Shown here: positions 10,345 through 21,660 of the stretch, piece by piece
Numbering within the stretch: position 1 is the stretch's first letter
Layout of the letters: each line of letters opens with the position of its first letter
Source: Chloroflexi bacterium UBA6622
GTDB taxonomy: Bacteria > Chloroflexota > UBA11872
Reading direction: 5' to 3'
Assembly: GCA_002433065.1 (NCBI GenBank)
Contig: DJHK01000001.1
Span: 41,665-105,664 of the forward strand
DNA length: 64,000 nucleotides
The notes under the pieces: model-generated
The model's input: only the letters and a program-made list of their open reading frames with translations
Databases searched by the model: none
What the model was told of the DNA's origin: nothing
Position numbers and translations under genes: made by a program

Positions 10345-11681
10345 TCCCGAGATACTCACGACCCGAAATGACCAGCATTTGGGAACGTCAGTTGTACTTC
10401 GAAAAACAGCGAGAAGTAGAGCTTGCTGCTGTAAACGCATGGGCCCGTGATGGCCGTATCCCAAAAGCCGATGCGACCAAGTTGATGGCCGCGTCATTCA
10501 CACTTGAACGAATTGACGAACTTGAAAAAGTTAATGATCACGAAACCAATGCGTTCGTTGACGCACTTGCAGAGTCAGTGGGTCCAGAATCACGTTGGTT
10601 GCATCTTGGCCTTACGTCAAGCGATGTCCTTGACACCGGTCTTGCTCTTCAACTGACCGACGCAGCTGACTTACTCGAAAAGCGACTGGAAGATCTTGAA
10701 GCTGCCCTAGTTCGTCAGGCCGTAACTCACAAACATACGCTTATGATTGGCCGTAGCCATGGCGTACACGCCGAACCCATCACTTTCGGTCTAAAGATTT
10801 TAATCTGGGTTGATGAGGTACGCCGACATCGAAAGCGGTTACAAGACGCGAGATCTGGAATAGCCGTAGGTAAGATTTCAGGATCGGTTGGGACACACGC
10901 AAACGTACCACCCCACGTCGAAGAATGGACTTGTGTAGCTCTTGGCCTTGCGGTTGCACCGGTATCGAACCAGATTCTTCAGCGTGACCGACATGCCCAC
11001 TTTGTGTCGACACTAGCGATCATTGCATGTTCGCTCGACAAATTTTCCACCGAACTCCGATCGTTACAACGGACGGAAATTCGTGAAGCCGAAGAGCCTT
11101 TTGAAGCCGGGAGGCACGGCTCATCTTCAATGCCACACAAAAGGAATCCTTCCAGGCTGGAGCGAACCTCAGGCCTTGCACGCGTGCTCCGTGCGCACGC
11201 CCAAGTAGCATTGGAAAATGTCACCCTCTGGCATGAACGTGATATCAGCCATTCCTCGGCTGAACGGGTAATTTTGCCCGACGCCTGTATCGCCTTGGAC
11301 TACATGCTTTGGCTGTTTACCACGGTCGTATCCGACTTACGGGTCTATCCTGACCGTATGGCCGCCAACGTCGAGATGACCAGCGGCCTAATTTACTCGC
11401 AGGGGATAATGCTGGCATTAGTACATGCCGGAATGTCACGGCAAGAGGCCTATGAGAAGGTTCAGAAACATGCCCTTGATGCATGGGATCAGGGTGCCAA
11501 TTTCAAGGAGGCAGTATGTGAGGACCAAGCGATATGTGAGCTTCTGACAGAAGAAAGCCTCGCAAGCATATTCAGCCCAGATCCGCACCTTCGCTGGATC
11601 GAATCAGCTTTTGAACGCATGAACATCCAGCATGTATCCAACTCGACCCCTGAGTCGATCTCCGAGGTGACTACACCATGA
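10341..11681 (+). CDS. purB: Adenylosuccinate lyase
   Basis: RYSRPEMTSIW N-terminus and the fumarate lyase signature HLGLTSSDVLDTG. 4-bp overlap with purD. Confidence 0.9.
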   Translation: MIPRYSRPEMTSIWERQLYFEKQREVELAAVNAWARDGRIPKADATKLMAASFTLERIDELEKVNDHETNAFVDALAESVGPESRWLHLGLTSSDVLDTGLALQLTDAADLLEKRLEDLEAALVRQAVTHKHTLMIGRSHGVHAEPITFGLKILIWVDEVRRHRKRLQDARSGIAVGKISGSVGTHANVPPHVEEWTCVALGLAVAPVSNQILQRDRHAHFVSTLAIIACSLDKFSTELRSLQRTEIREAEEPFEAGRHGSSSMPHKRNPSRLERTSGLARVLRAHAQVALENVTLWHERDISHSSAERVILPDACIALDYMLWLFTTVVSDLRVYPDRMAANVEMTSGLIYSQGIMLALVHAGMSRQEAYEKVQKHALDAWDQGANFKEAVCEDQAICELLTEESLASIFSPDPHLRWIESAFERMNIQHVSNSTPESISEVTTP

Positions 11682-12553
11682 CCGAAACCGTTTCTGAAAC
11701 CCATTTGCCAGGCCTCGAGCTTTTGAACCGAGGAAAAGTTCGAGACATTTATGATCTTGGCGAGCAACTATTAATCGTTACTACAGACCGGATCTCAGCG
11801 TTTGACCATATATTGCCGGACCCAATACCTGGGAAGGGCCAAGTGCTCACTGCTATGTCCGAACACTGGTTCGGTATTACCAAGCACATCGTCCCAAACC
11901 ACCTCATCACAACCGATGTGGACTCTATGGGTCCAAAAGTGTCACCACATCGAGAGACCTTACGCGGACGAACAATGCTTGTTCACAAAGCTGATCGAAT
12001 CGACGCTGAGTGCGTAGCCAGGGGGTACATCACCGGATCCGGCTGGCTGGATTATCAACGAGATCAATCGATCTGCGGTATTTCACTGCCCGAGGGAATG
12101 ATCGAGGCTGAACCATTTGAAGAAACTCTCTTCACACCAGCAACCAAGGCTGAAACCGGTCACGACGAAAACATAGGGTTCGATGCCTTAAAAGAAATCG
12201 TAGGGAACGTTGCCCACGAGCTACGCGATCTCACACTTGCCGTCTATGAATTTGGACGCGACTTTGCCAAAGCTCGCGGAATCATCGTGGCTGATACAAA
12301 ATTCGAGTTCGGATACGTCAATGGGGAAGTTACGCTAATCGACGAAATCCTAACCCCAGATTCATCACGGTTTTGGGGAATGGACGAATATCAAGTAGGA
12401 ATGTCACCCCCAAGCTTCGACAAACAAATCGTTCGAAATCATTTGATCGATATTAAGTGGGATCAGGAACCTCCGGTGCCAAGATTGTCTGAAGATGTGA
12501 TTCAGCAGACTACGGCACGCTATAGAGAAATTCAGGGGCTTTTAACCAAGTGA
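11678..12553 (+). CDS. purC: SAICAR synthetase
   Basis: LLNRGKVRDIYDLGEQLLIVTTDRISAFD is the PurC N-terminal signature. 4-bp overlap with purB. Confidence 0.9.
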   Translation: MTETVSETHLPGLELLNRGKVRDIYDLGEQLLIVTTDRISAFDHILPDPIPGKGQVLTAMSEHWFGITKHIVPNHLITTDVDSMGPKVSPHRETLRGRTMLVHKADRIDAECVARGYITGSGWLDYQRDQSICGISLPEGMIEAEPFEETLFTPATKAETGHDENIGFDALKEIVGNVAHELRDLTLAVYEFGRDFAKARGIIVADTKFEFGYVNGEVTLIDEILTPDSSRFWGMDEYQVGMSPPSFDKQIVRNHLIDIKWDQEPPVPRLSEDVIQQTTARYREIQGLLTK

Positions 12554-12837
12554 CATGCAAGCTCTATAAAGCACGGATAGTCATCCAGCTCAACGAGGGC
12601 GTCAATGATCCACAGGGTCTGACGGTTCGCGACAGCTTGCATGAGCTCGGCTTTGCTCAGGTTCGCAATGTTCGTATAGGAAAAATGATCACGGTTGAGG
12701 TTGCAGCCACCAATACTGACGAAGCCCGAGGTTTTGTTACGGCGATGTGCAGCGACCTATTGGCCAACCCTGTCATAGAGTCCTTTGAAATCGAGACGTT
12801 GGAACTGGTATCCGAAGAAGTTGAAACAAGCCCGTGA
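12550..12837 (+). CDS. purS: FGAM synthase subunit PurS
   Basis: 95-aa protein with the GVNDPQG motif, located between purC and purQ (both overlaps 4 bp). This is the classic purS-purQ-purL order. Confidence 0.8.
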   Translation: MTCKLYKARIVIQLNEGVNDPQGLTVRDSLHELGFAQVRNVRIGKMITVEVAATNTDEARGFVTAMCSDLLANPVIESFEIETLELVSEEVETSP

Positions 12838-13529
12838 AAGCAGCTGTGGTCGTATTCCCTGGCAGCAACTGCGATGCAGACACCTTGTACGTTCTTAAAA
12901 ACCTCCTAGGTATAGATGCTCGATACGTGTGGCATGGAGAAAACTGCCTCCACGAAAACACTGATCTCGTGGTTTTGCCTGGAGGCTTTAGCCATGGCGA
13001 CTATCTCCGTACCGGAGCAATGGCGGCACGCGCACCCATCATGACTGCCGTCCGAAATCACGCTGCATACGGAAAACCTGTATTAGGCATCTGTAACGGA
13101 TTCCAGATTCTCCTTGAGGCCGGGCTTTTGCCTGGAGCCATGCTCCCAAATACGAGTACCCAGTTCCGATGCGAATGGGTGCACATCCGCGTGGAATCCC
13201 TCGAAACGCCTTTCAGTTCTACGTGCCGGCCCGAGCAAGTCCTGCGTCTTCCAATCGCCCACGGCGAAGGCAATTACGTTATTGACCACGATGGCCTTTC
13301 AGAATTGCAAGACCAGGAACGGATTGTGTACCGGTATACAACTGCTGAGGGCATTGATTCGCCCGATGCAAATCCAAACGGATCGATGGATAACATCGCT
13401 GGAATTTGCAGCAGTGACCGAAATGTTGTCGGGATGATGCCACATCCGGAACGAGCCTCTGAAGAAAGCTTGGGCAGCCAGGACGGCCTAACAATTTGGG
13501 AATCAGTCCTGGATGGGATGGGCGATTGA
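12834..13529 (+). CDS. purQ: FGAM synthase glutaminase subunit PurQ
   Basis: Class I amidotransferase with the [10 protein letters not shown]-terminus, catalytic GICNGFQ, and HPER near the C-terminus. Confidence 0.9.
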   Translation: MKAAVVVFPGSNCDADTLYVLKNLLGIDARYVWHGENCLHENTDLVVLPGGFSHGDYLRTGAMAARAPIMTAVRNHAAYGKPVLGICNGFQILLEAGLLPGAMLPNTSTQFRCEWVHIRVESLETPFSSTCRPEQVLRLPIAHGEGNYVIDHDGLSELQDQERIVYRYTTAEGIDSPDANPNGSMDNIAGICSSDRNVVGMMPHPERASEESLGSQDGLTIWESVLDGMGD

Positions 13530-15739
13530 CAAACAATAGTGAACACTCGCTACCCACGGATGCAGAGCTTCGGGAAGTCGCGCTTACACGTGATGAATAC
13601 AAACGGGCTACCGATCTACTCGGCCGTCAGCCAAACCAGATTGAACTCGGAATCATCGGCGGAATGTGGAGTGAGCATTGCGGCTACAAGCATTCGCGTC
13701 CTCTTCTCAAACGATTACCTGGTGACGGTGATCAGGTATTAATTGGAGCCGGCGAAGAAAACGCTGGGGCCGTCGACATAGGTGACGGGCTGGCCATTGT
13801 GATGAAAATTGAGAGTCACAACCACCCCAGCGCAGTAGAGCCTTTTCAGGGGGCAGCGACAGGCGTCGGCGGAATCTTGCGTGACATCTTTACCATGGGT
13901 GCCCGTCCCATCGCTCTTCTAGACAGCCTGCGGTTCGGTCCCCTTGATGACCAGAGAGGCCGCTACCTCGCGAACGGCATTGTTGGGGGCGTGGCCTGGT
14001 ACGGAAACTGCATGGGTATACCGACTGTGGGGGGCGAGGTTTCGATTAATAAGTGCTATCGGGGCAACCCACTTGTAAACGCTATGTGCGTTGGAATCAT
14101 TGAACACGAGAAGCTCACAAGCGCCACAGCTAAGGGTTCTGGCAACCAGTTGATTCTCGTAGGCGCTGATACTGGCCGAGATGGCATTCACGGGGCAACG
14201 TTCGCTTCAGTAGATGACCCGGAAGCCTCGCATCGTGGTGTGGTGCAGGTCGGCAACCCATTCATGGAAAAACTTTTGCTCGAAGCATGTCTTGAAGCTC
14301 TTCAAACAAACACCGTGGTCGGGCTTCAGGATCTGGGAGCAACAGGCCTGACCAGTTCTTCGGTGGAATCGGCTGGCCGCGGTGGAGGCGGAGTAGCAAT
14401 ACAGGTGGACAAAATCGCGCGCCGTGCAGATGGCATGAGTCCCTATGAACTCATGCTTAGTGAAAGCCAAGAACGAATGCTCGTCGTAGCGAAGCGTGGA
14501 GATGTAAGCAAGTTGCAGAGTGTTTTCTCACGATGGGGGCTTCATAGTGACGTAATCGGGGAGGTTATTAGCACGCCTAATCTTGAAGTCTTGGACGGCG
14601 ATATCCACGTGGCTTCAATCCCAATCGACATGTTAGTAAACGCTCCCACATATAGTTTTCCTGTCGAACGCCCACGATATCTGGATGAAACCAGCTCGTT
14701 TTCTAAGGACTTGATTCCAGATGTGGTCGACCCAACAGCGACATTCCTCAAAATGCTCGCAAGCCCTAACATCGCAAGCCGACAGCCGATTTATCAGCAA
14801 TACGATCATATGGTTGGAACAAACACGATTATTGCTCCGGGTGGGGATGCCGCATTGCTTCGCGTAAAAGGGACAGAAAAAGCCATAGCCGTGGCTACGG
14901 ACGGCAACGGCCGAACAACGTTCCTTGAACCTTTCGTCGGTGGAGCTTCTGCCGTCGCCGAGGCAGCTCGCAATATCTCCTGTACTGGAGCAGTTCCGAT
15001 CGCGCTAACGAACTGTCTGAACTTTGGCTCTCCAGAACAACCCACCGCCTATTACCAACTGTCTCAGGCAATCGATGGTATGGCTGCTGCAAGTACTGCC
15101 TTGGGAACTCCCGTGATCAGTGGAAACGTCAGCCTATACAACGAGTCCGACGGTGAATCGATCTGGCCAACTCCAATAGTGGGAGCACTCGGGATCCTGA
15201 ACAACCTAGAGAAAAGATGCCAGATTGGATTCGCATGCAGCGGTGACGAGATCGCCGTGCTTGGTGCCGGAACCCCTGAGTTGGATGGAAGCGAATATCT
15301 CTCGGTTATCCATGATGTCGTTGCAGGAATCCCAAAACTTGTCCTGAGTGACGAACTGGCACTTCAGCGCCTAGTACGGGAATTGATCAGCGCACAACTA
15401 CTCGCTTCCGCCCACGATTGTGCAGACGGAGGATTAGCTATCGCCCTAGCTGAATCAGCATTCGCTGGCGGCGTCGGAGTACGGGCCGAAAGCCTGCATA
15501 CCAAGCATCGAATCGACGAAATGCTCTTCGGCGAATCCCAATCCAGAATTGTTGTCAGTTATTCCAGCGGCGCAGGTCCAGCCGTCGCAGCCGCTGCTGC
15601 AACAGCTGGTGTTCCATTCTTTCAGCTTGGGAACGTTGGCGGTGACCGATTGCTGATCGGGCCAATAGATGTAGCCCTTACAGACGCCGAGTCAGACTGG
15701 ACTAACGGCCTTAGGCTGGCGCTCGCCGGAAATGCGTAA
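13496..15739 (+). CDS. purL: FGAM synthase, small-type synthetase subunit PurL
   Basis: 747-aa small-form PurL with duplicated AIR-synthase-like domains and [15 protein letters not shown] near the N-terminus. The track start overlaps purQ by 34 bp, so the true start may be slightly downstream. Confidence 0.9.
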   Translation: MGISPGWDGRLTNNSEHSLPTDAELREVALTRDEYKRATDLLGRQPNQIELGIIGGMWSEHCGYKHSRPLLKRLPGDGDQVLIGAGEENAGAVDIGDGLAIVMKIESHNHPSAVEPFQGAATGVGGILRDIFTMGARPIALLDSLRFGPLDDQRGRYLANGIVGGVAWYGNCMGIPTVGGEVSINKCYRGNPLVNAMCVGIIEHEKLTSATAKGSGNQLILVGADTGRDGIHGATFASVDDPEASHRGVVQVGNPFMEKLLLEACLEALQTNTVVGLQDLGATGLTSSSVESAGRGGGGVAIQVDKIARRADGMSPYELMLSESQERMLVVAKRGDVSKLQSVFSRWGLHSDVIGEVISTPNLEVLDGDIHVASIPIDMLVNAPTYSFPVERPRYLDETSSFSKDLIPDVVDPTATFLKMLASPNIASRQPIYQQYDHMVGTNTIIAPGGDAALLRVKGTEKAIAVATDGNGRTTFLEPFVGGASAVAEAARNISCTGAVPIALTNCLNFGSPEQPTAYYQLSQAIDGMAAASTALGTPVISGNVSLYNESDGESIWPTPIVGALGILNNLEKRCQIGFACSGDEIAVLGAGTPELDGSEYLSVIHDVVAGIPKLVLSDELALQRLVRELISAQLLASAHDCADGGLAIALAESAFAGGVGVRAESLHTKHRIDEMLFGESQSRIVVSYSSGAGPAVAAAAATAGVPFFQLGNVGGDRLLIGPIDVALTDAESDWTNGLRLALAGNA

Positions 15740-17312
15740 CACAGATAAGATGCGTTCCCGGGAAGGGCACGGTGGTGGAACCCCTGATCTGAGACTGAGA
15801 TTAGGACCGACTTATGAACCTGCTGGGCCTGGTGGACCGCCACGCCTTCGCGAAGCATGTGGTGTGATTGGCGTTTACGGCAATACAAACGATGCCGCAA
15901 TTCAGACCTATTTTGCGCTGTTTGCCATCCAGCACCGTGGCCAGGAAAGCGCAGGCATCGCAGTAGGCGACGGGCAGCGAATGCACGCCGAACGTCGCAT
16001 GGGCCTCGTGTCTCGAGTATTTTCTGAGCACCGGTTAGCACGCCTTAGAGGGAACGTTGCTATCGGGCATTGCAGGTATTCGACGGCCGGATCAAGTAAT
16101 GCTTCCAACATACAGCCGGTACTACGTAGCACCGATATCGGACCTATGGCGCTAGGCCACAACGGAAACATCGTGAATGCTCTCGCCTTACGTGGCGAAA
16201 CAGACGAACATTCGCTCGACGAAGCAGCAACTACTGATTCGGCGGTAATTGCCGACCTTATTGCATCGGCTCCGGGAGCCACCATGCTAGATAGGGTTCG
16301 CCAAGTAATTCCGCGCCTATCAGGATCGTTTTGTCTCACCATTGCTACTCCAACCCAACTGGTTGCAGTTAGGGATGGAATGGGAAATCGTCCGCTCTGC
16401 CTTGGTAAAAGTAACGGCACCTGGGTAGTAGCTTCCGAGACCTGTGCACTGGATGCCATTGGTGCACAGTACGAACGTGATATCCAGCCCGGCGAAATAA
16501 TTTCTATTGACGACGATGGTCTTCATTCGGTTCGTGTAGAGCTACCACAGCGTCATGCGACATGCGCCTTCGAATACATCTACTTTTCTAGGCCAGATTC
16601 GATAATTGACAAGTCGAGTGTCCACACGGTTCGCCGCCAAATGGGACGACATCTTGCTCAACAACATCCGGTAGACGCTGACCTTGTGATTGGTGTTCCC
16701 GACTCGGCAATAGCGGCGGCTACAGGATACGCCGAAGAGGCACAACTTCCATATGCCGACGGGTTCGTTCGAAACCGCTATATCGGCCGAACCTTTATTG
16801 AGCCGACACCACGACTCAGAAAACTCGGTGTACGTTTAAAGTTCAGTGCACTTCCTGAAGTGACACGAGGAAAACGTGTCGTAATGGTCGACGACACCAT
16901 CGTTCGCGGTACCACTCAAGCTTCGCTCGTTCGACTTCTACGCGAACAGGGAGAAGCATCTGAAGTACATGTACGAATTACATCTCCGCCGATCCGATGG
17001 CCGTGCTTTCTTGGCATCGACATTCCAGACCCAGACGAACTAATCGCCCACAACCAGAATGAGCAAACAATCTGCGACAGCCTAGGCGCCGACAGTCTCG
17101 GCTATCTGCCAGCTGGACGGTTGGTCGAGGCAATTGGACAAACTGCAGATCATTTGTGTCTTGGGTGCTTTACACATAGTTATCCCATTGACGTTCAACT
17201 TAGATTCGACAAGTTCCTGCTGGAACGACCAGAAAATCTTCAGACGGCCATGGTCTTCCCACGTGAAGACACAATCGACCGTAACGAATCAGCGCTGCTG
17301 AATGATGACTAG
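15732..17312 (+). CDS. purF: Amidophosphoribosyltransferase
   Basis: Ntn-hydrolase Cys in ACGVIGVYG is followed by [16 protein letters not shown], a PRTase domain ([13 protein letters not shown]), and a C-terminal Cys cluster typical of [4Fe-4S] PurF. The Cys is preceded by roughly 42 residues in the track ORF, so the start is probably over-extended or there is a long propeptide. Confidence 0.9.
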   Translation: MRNTDKMRSREGHGGGTPDLRLRLGPTYEPAGPGGPPRLREACGVIGVYGNTNDAAIQTYFALFAIQHRGQESAGIAVGDGQRMHAERRMGLVSRVFSEHRLARLRGNVAIGHCRYSTAGSSNASNIQPVLRSTDIGPMALGHNGNIVNALALRGETDEHSLDEAATTDSAVIADLIASAPGATMLDRVRQVIPRLSGSFCLTIATPTQLVAVRDGMGNRPLCLGKSNGTWVVASETCALDAIGAQYERDIQPGEIISIDDDGLHSVRVELPQRHATCAFEYIYFSRPDSIIDKSSVHTVRRQMGRHLAQQHPVDADLVIGVPDSAIAAATGYAEEAQLPYADGFVRNRYIGRTFIEPTPRLRKLGVRLKFSALPEVTRGKRVVMVDDTIVRGTTQASLVRLLREQGEASEVHVRITSPPIRWPCFLGIDIPDPDELIAHNQNEQTICDSLGADSLGYLPAGRLVEAIGQTADHLCLGCFTHSYPIDVQLRFDKFLLERPENLQTAMVFPREDTIDRNESALLNDD

Positions 17313-18351
17313 CCCGACATCGAACACCCGTGACCCCCAAAAATCGGCATACGTTGACGCCGGGGTAGATCTGGCCTTTGCTCGTCAAGCCAAATCCAAA
17401 ATCCGTACAGCTATCGAATCTACCGAGACCAGCCTCACCCTAGGAGCGTTTGGCGCATTCGGTGGCGCCATTCGTATTCCTTCTGGATTCAAAGAACCAG
17501 CGTTAGTTGCCAGCATCGACGGCGTCGGCACCAAACTGCATCTCGCCATTGATTGGGGACGACCATCTACCGCAGGACACGACCTAGTCACTCACTGCCT
17601 TAATGATATTGCTGTACAAAACGCCCGCCCGCTCGCGTTTCTTGACTACGTTGCCGCCGACCATATGGACACGGACGTTCTTGTCAGTTTGGTTGAAGGA
17701 ATGGCAAGGGCCTGTCAGGTAGCTAACGTTTCTTTGGTTGGAGGGGAAACCGCTCTGATGCCTGACACCTACGCGCCCGGACGTTATGACACGGTGGGTG
17801 TTGCCCTTGGCATAGCCGAGGCAGGCCAAATTCCGGATCCAGCGTCTGTAACTGTGGGTGACATTTGCATAGGCATCCCGTCAAATGGGTTGCACACCAA
17901 CGGCTACAGCCTCGCCCGAAAGCTAGTGGAGGTCGTCGAACGTACCACTACTGTCATAGAAGAGCAGACCGTAGAAGATGCCCTGTTAGCCCCGCACAGG
18001 TCATACGTAACCGAAGTACTCACCGCACTTGAAATGCCTGGCGTCCGAGTCGCCGCCCACATCACAGGTGGAGGCATCGCAGAAAATCTAGCGCGTGTTT
18101 TACCAGATACGGTTGCAGCATCAATCGACACGGAATTGTTGCCAAAACTGGCCATTCTTGACTCAATCGCAGAAGAATTGAATGTCCAGAACGACGAGAT
18201 GTTTCGTGTGTTCAACATGGGCGTAGGAATGATTTTGGTTGTTGAACCTGGAACGGTAGAAGCTCTATGTAGAGAACTTCACGATGCTCTACCGATAGGC
18301 CAGATCATCAAGCGCAAAGATTCTCCCGTGGAACTAAGTGGGGTCTCATGA
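17302..18351 (+). CDS. purM: AIR synthetase
   Basis: PurM-family N-terminus (AYVDAGVDLAFARQAK) and C-terminal domain. The start overlaps purF by 11 bp. Confidence 0.9.
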   Translation: MMTSPTSNTRDPQKSAYVDAGVDLAFARQAKSKIRTAIESTETSLTLGAFGAFGGAIRIPSGFKEPALVASIDGVGTKLHLAIDWGRPSTAGHDLVTHCLNDIAVQNARPLAFLDYVAADHMDTDVLVSLVEGMARACQVANVSLVGGETALMPDTYAPGRYDTVGVALGIAEAGQIPDPASVTVGDICIGIPSNGLHTNGYSLARKLVEVVERTTTVIEEQTVEDALLAPHRSYVTEVLTALEMPGVRVAAHITGGGIAENLARVLPDTVAASIDTELLPKLAILDSIAEELNVQNDEMFRVFNMGVGMILVVEPGTVEALCRELHDALPIGQIIKRKDSPVELSGVS

Positions 18352-18995
18352 AGCTGGCAATCATGGCATCCGGTAGAGGGTCAAACGCGGCAGCTATTCT
18401 TGGCGCCGTAGATCGAGGCGACCTACACGCGCATGTGACCGCAATTATCAGCAACCGTACTGATGCCGGCGTAATAGATCTTGCTGCACAACACGGCATA
18501 CCCTCGCACGTGGTTTCAAGAAAAGATTTTGATTCTCGGAATGCTCAGCAACGTCGAATGCTTGAGCTACTACAAATGACACACACCGACTTTGTTGCGC
18601 TGGCCGGATTCAACTCAATCCTTAAACCAGAGATCGTGACTGCGTATCCCAATCAAATCCTGAACATTCATCCGTCGCTTCTGCCAGCATTTGCTGGTGG
18701 TATGGCCCCACAACCTCAAACCGAAGCCCTAAAGGCTGGCGTGAAAATCAGCGGCTGCACGGTTCACTTAGTAACCAACGCGATAGATGCTGGCCCGATT
18801 GTGGCTCAAGCCCCTGTACCTGTCCTACCGGATGACACCGTTGATTCCCTATCAAAAAGAATCTTGCAACAGGAACATCGACTCTACCCGATGGTCCTCC
18901 AATGGTTTGCCGATGGCCAGACACAAATTTCAGATGGGCAAGTACATGTACGTTCCGAGGAGAATCAGGTCATATGGCCCAAAAGCGAGCACTGA
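18348..18995 (+). CDS. purN: GAR formyltransferase
   Basis: KLAIMASGRGSNAAAIL N-terminus and the formyltransferase motif NIHPSLLPAFAG. 4-bp overlap with purM. Confidence 0.9.
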   Translation: MKLAIMASGRGSNAAAILGAVDRGDLHAHVTAIISNRTDAGVIDLAAQHGIPSHVVSRKDFDSRNAQQRRMLELLQMTHTDFVALAGFNSILKPEIVTAYPNQILNIHPSLLPAFAGGMAPQPQTEALKAGVKISGCTVHLVTNAIDAGPIVAQAPVPVLPDDTVDSLSKRILQQEHRLYPMVLQWFADGQTQISDGQVHVRSEENQVIWPKSEH

Positions 18996-20527
18996 TCAGC
19001 GTTTACGATAAATCCGGTCTCGAAGAACTGGCGGCAAGCCTATCTAAACGTGATTGGGACATCATTGCTTCTGGTGGAACGTCTAAAGCAATCGCGGAGG
19101 CAGGAATTCCCGTCCAGTCGGTCGAAGACCTTACCGGGGCCGACGAGATGCTCGACGGAAGGGTGAAGACATTGCATCCAACGATACACGCTGGAATCTT
19201 GGCACGCCGGGAATCTGGCGAGCATATGAAAGAACTTTCAGAAAAAGGGATGAGCACACTCGATCTGATCGCGGTCAACCTCTATCCATTCGCCGCGACT
19301 GTTGCCAGCGAACCGAGCCGAAGCGAATTAATCGAGAATATCGACATCGGCGGGGTAGCGCTGATTAGAGCAGCCGCAAAAAACCACGATGGTGTCTGGA
19401 TCCTCGTCGACCCTGAAGACTATCCCAAAGTTTTGAGAAGCCTTGATGCCGAGGAGGACGACGCTCAACTTCGACGTGAACTGGCGGCAAAAGCGTTTGC
19501 AGCGACAGCCTTTTACGATGCTCATATCGCTGCGCAGTTACAACTAGAACTTGGAGAACATTTCCCTGAGTTCCTAACGATCCCTCTGAAAAAAGTTCAA
19601 GATCTCAGGTACGGGGAAAATCCCCATCAGCCGGGCGCCTTCTACGCTGCTGGCGCGACAGAACTTGGAACATCTGAATTGCCAGGCATAGAACAACTCC
19701 ATGGCATGGATCTTTCATACATAAACATCTTAGATCTGCAGTCAGCATGGGCTTCTGCAAATGACCTGGATGACGTAGCCGTATCAATCATTAAACACAC
19801 AATCCCTTGTTGTTTAGCCACGCACGCAACGTCGCAGGCTCAGGCCTATACGCGGGCCCGTGAAACTGATCCTGTATCTGCGTTTGGTGGAATTGTTGGT
19901 TTCAATCGCCCCGTGGAAGCCGACACAGTCGCAGCGATGAAAGGACACATGTATCACGTCGTCGTCGCCCCAGATTACGAGCCAGATGCCTTACGACGGC
20001 TGAAACGCCGCAAGGATCTACGAATAATTCGTTGGCATCCGGCAAGTAGCCGACCGCCGATGCACTTCGAAACCGCCCACGTGTGGGGAATTGACCGCGG
20101 GTACTTGGTACAAGCCCCCGATCGCAGCCCTCATGACGAAATCCCAATGCGCACAGTAAGCATTAAGCAACCTACACAAGCAGATATCACACAAATGCGC
20201 TTTGGGCTTCGAGCGATACGCCACATCAAGTCAAACGCAATCTTGCTTGTTCGCGACAACCGTCTAATCGGCATCGGTAGTGGCCAAGTCAATAGAGTTA
20301 ATGCGGTCCGGCATGCTGTTGAACAAGCTGGGGATTTGGCGAACGGGGCCTATCTTATTTCTGACGCGTTTTTTCCGTTCGCTGATGGACCTGAACTAGC
20401 TCTGGAGGCCGGCGTTCGAGCACTCGTTTCGGTAGCAGGATCTGTTCGAGATCAAGAAGTTATCGACACGGTTAATCAGCAAGAACGAATTCTTAGTTTT
20501 ATAGACGAACGACATTTCAAGCACTGA
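18974..20527 (+). CDS. purH: Bifunctional AICAR formyltransferase / IMP cyclohydrolase
   Basis: The MGS-like IMPCH N-domain (RALISVYDKSGLEELA) begins at the internal ATG at 18974, which is Met25 of the track ORF. The AICARFT domain follows. The track start at 18902 would overlap purN by 94 bp, so I prefer 18974, which overlaps purN by 22 bp. Confidence 0.9.
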   Translation: MAQKRALISVYDKSGLEELAASLSKRDWDIIASGGTSKAIAEAGIPVQSVEDLTGADEMLDGRVKTLHPTIHAGILARRESGEHMKELSEKGMSTLDLIAVNLYPFAATVASEPSRSELIENIDIGGVALIRAAAKNHDGVWILVDPEDYPKVLRSLDAEEDDAQLRRELAAKAFAATAFYDAHIAAQLQLELGEHFPEFLTIPLKKVQDLRYGENPHQPGAFYAAGATELGTSELPGIEQLHGMDLSYINILDLQSAWASANDLDDVAVSIIKHTIPCCLATHATSQAQAYTRARETDPVSAFGGIVGFNRPVEADTVAAMKGHMYHVVVAPDYEPDALRRLKRRKDLRIIRWHPASSRPPMHFETAHVWGIDRGYLVQAPDRSPHDEIPMRTVSIKQPTQADITQMRFGLRAIRHIKSNAILLVRDNRLIGIGSGQVNRVNAVRHAVEQAGDLANGAYLISDAFFPFADGPELALEAGVRALVSVAGSVRDQEVIDTVNQQERILSFIDERHFKH

Positions 20528-20580
20528 GGCCGGCCTGCAACCCTGACCTCGAACACCTCGTGGCTAACCCTTCTAGATAC

Positions 20581-21660
20581 CTAAGCGATACGAAGCCCGG
20601 GAGCAATATCCACGGGCTGGAACGATTCATCTCCCCGTGCGATGGCCCACGCACCTGCAACCCCTATCATCGCCGCATTATCAGTGCACCGACTGGGTAA
20701 CGGGATATACAGAGGCACAGGCGCTGCCGCTTGCATCTCTCTTCGAAGTCGAGAGTTCGCAGCAACGCCACCAGTCAGAATGATTGAGCGCGCATGATGA
20801 ATTTCAGCCGCCCTGATTGTCTTGTGGACAAGCACATCAACCACGGCCTGTTCAAAAGCGAGTGCGATATGAGCTGCTCGATTAGGCCAAGCACGCTTAG
20901 GAGTCCAGACATCTGAGTTGGAAAACATTCGGGCAGCTTCGTCTGGACCGAGTTTGTCATCATGCAAGCGTTGCACCGCAGCCTTTAATCCACTAAAACT
21001 AAAGTCGTTAGTACCCTCCAGCCACGATCTCGGAAAATCGATTGGGGTTGACGAAACCATAGCCGCGGCCTGCTCAATCTTGGGCCCCCCGGGGAACCCA
21101 AGCCCTAGCATCCGAGCCACTTTGTCAAAAGCCTCGCCGGCGGCGTCATCTCGAGTCCGCCCCAAAACTCGATAGCTCCCCGGGGCCTTAACGAACACTA
21201 ACTCGGTATGACCACCGGACACGATTAGAGCAACAGCCGGTAATTCGGGCGGACGATCGACATCAAGCCAAGCAGCCGCAATATGCCCTTCAAGATGGTT
21301 GACTGGAACCAAGGGCACCTCTAATCCATAAGCGAGACCACGACCAAATTCCAAGCCGACCATTAGCGATCCAGGGAGCCCAGGGCCAATGGTGACGGCC
21401 ACAGCATCAATTTCTCCAACTTTTATCCCCGCCTGGCTAAGGGCAGAACGACACACTTCATCAACTATCTGCATGTGAATTCGAGAAGCAACTTCTGGAA
21501 CAATTCCGCCGAAAATAGCGTGAGGCTCAATCTGAGCCTGGCTAACCGTTGCCATAGGAATGATGCCATCTCGCAAAATCGCAACCGATGTGTCATCACA
21601 TGAGGTCTCTATTGCAAGCAGCCACGGGGGACCAGTCTCGATCATAGTTGCGAGCTCCAA
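20581..21660 (-). CDS. tsaD: tRNA N6-threonylcarbamoyladenosine synthase TsaD (Kae1/YgjD)
   Basis: ASKHA fold with metal-binding HLEGH and GGVAAN motifs. It is convergent with purH and ends the tsaE-tsaB-rimI-tsaD run. Confidence 0.9.
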   Translation of the reverse strand: MELATMIETGPPWLLAIETSCDDTSVAILRDGIIPMATVSQAQIEPHAIFGGIVPEVASRIHMQIVDEVCRSALSQAGIKVGEIDAVAVTIGPGLPGSLMVGLEFGRGLAYGLEVPLVPVNHLEGHIAAAWLDVDRPPELPAVALIVSGGHTELVFVKAPGSYRVLGRTRDDAAGEAFDKVARMLGLGFPGGPKIEQAAAMVSSTPIDFPRSWLEGTNDFSFSGLKAAVQRLHDDKLGPDEAARMFSNSDVWTPKRAWPNRAAHIALAFEQAVVDVLVHKTIRAAEIHHARSIILTGGVAANSRLRREMQAAAPVPLYIPLPSRCTDNAAMIGVAGAWAIARGDESFQPVDIAPGLRIA

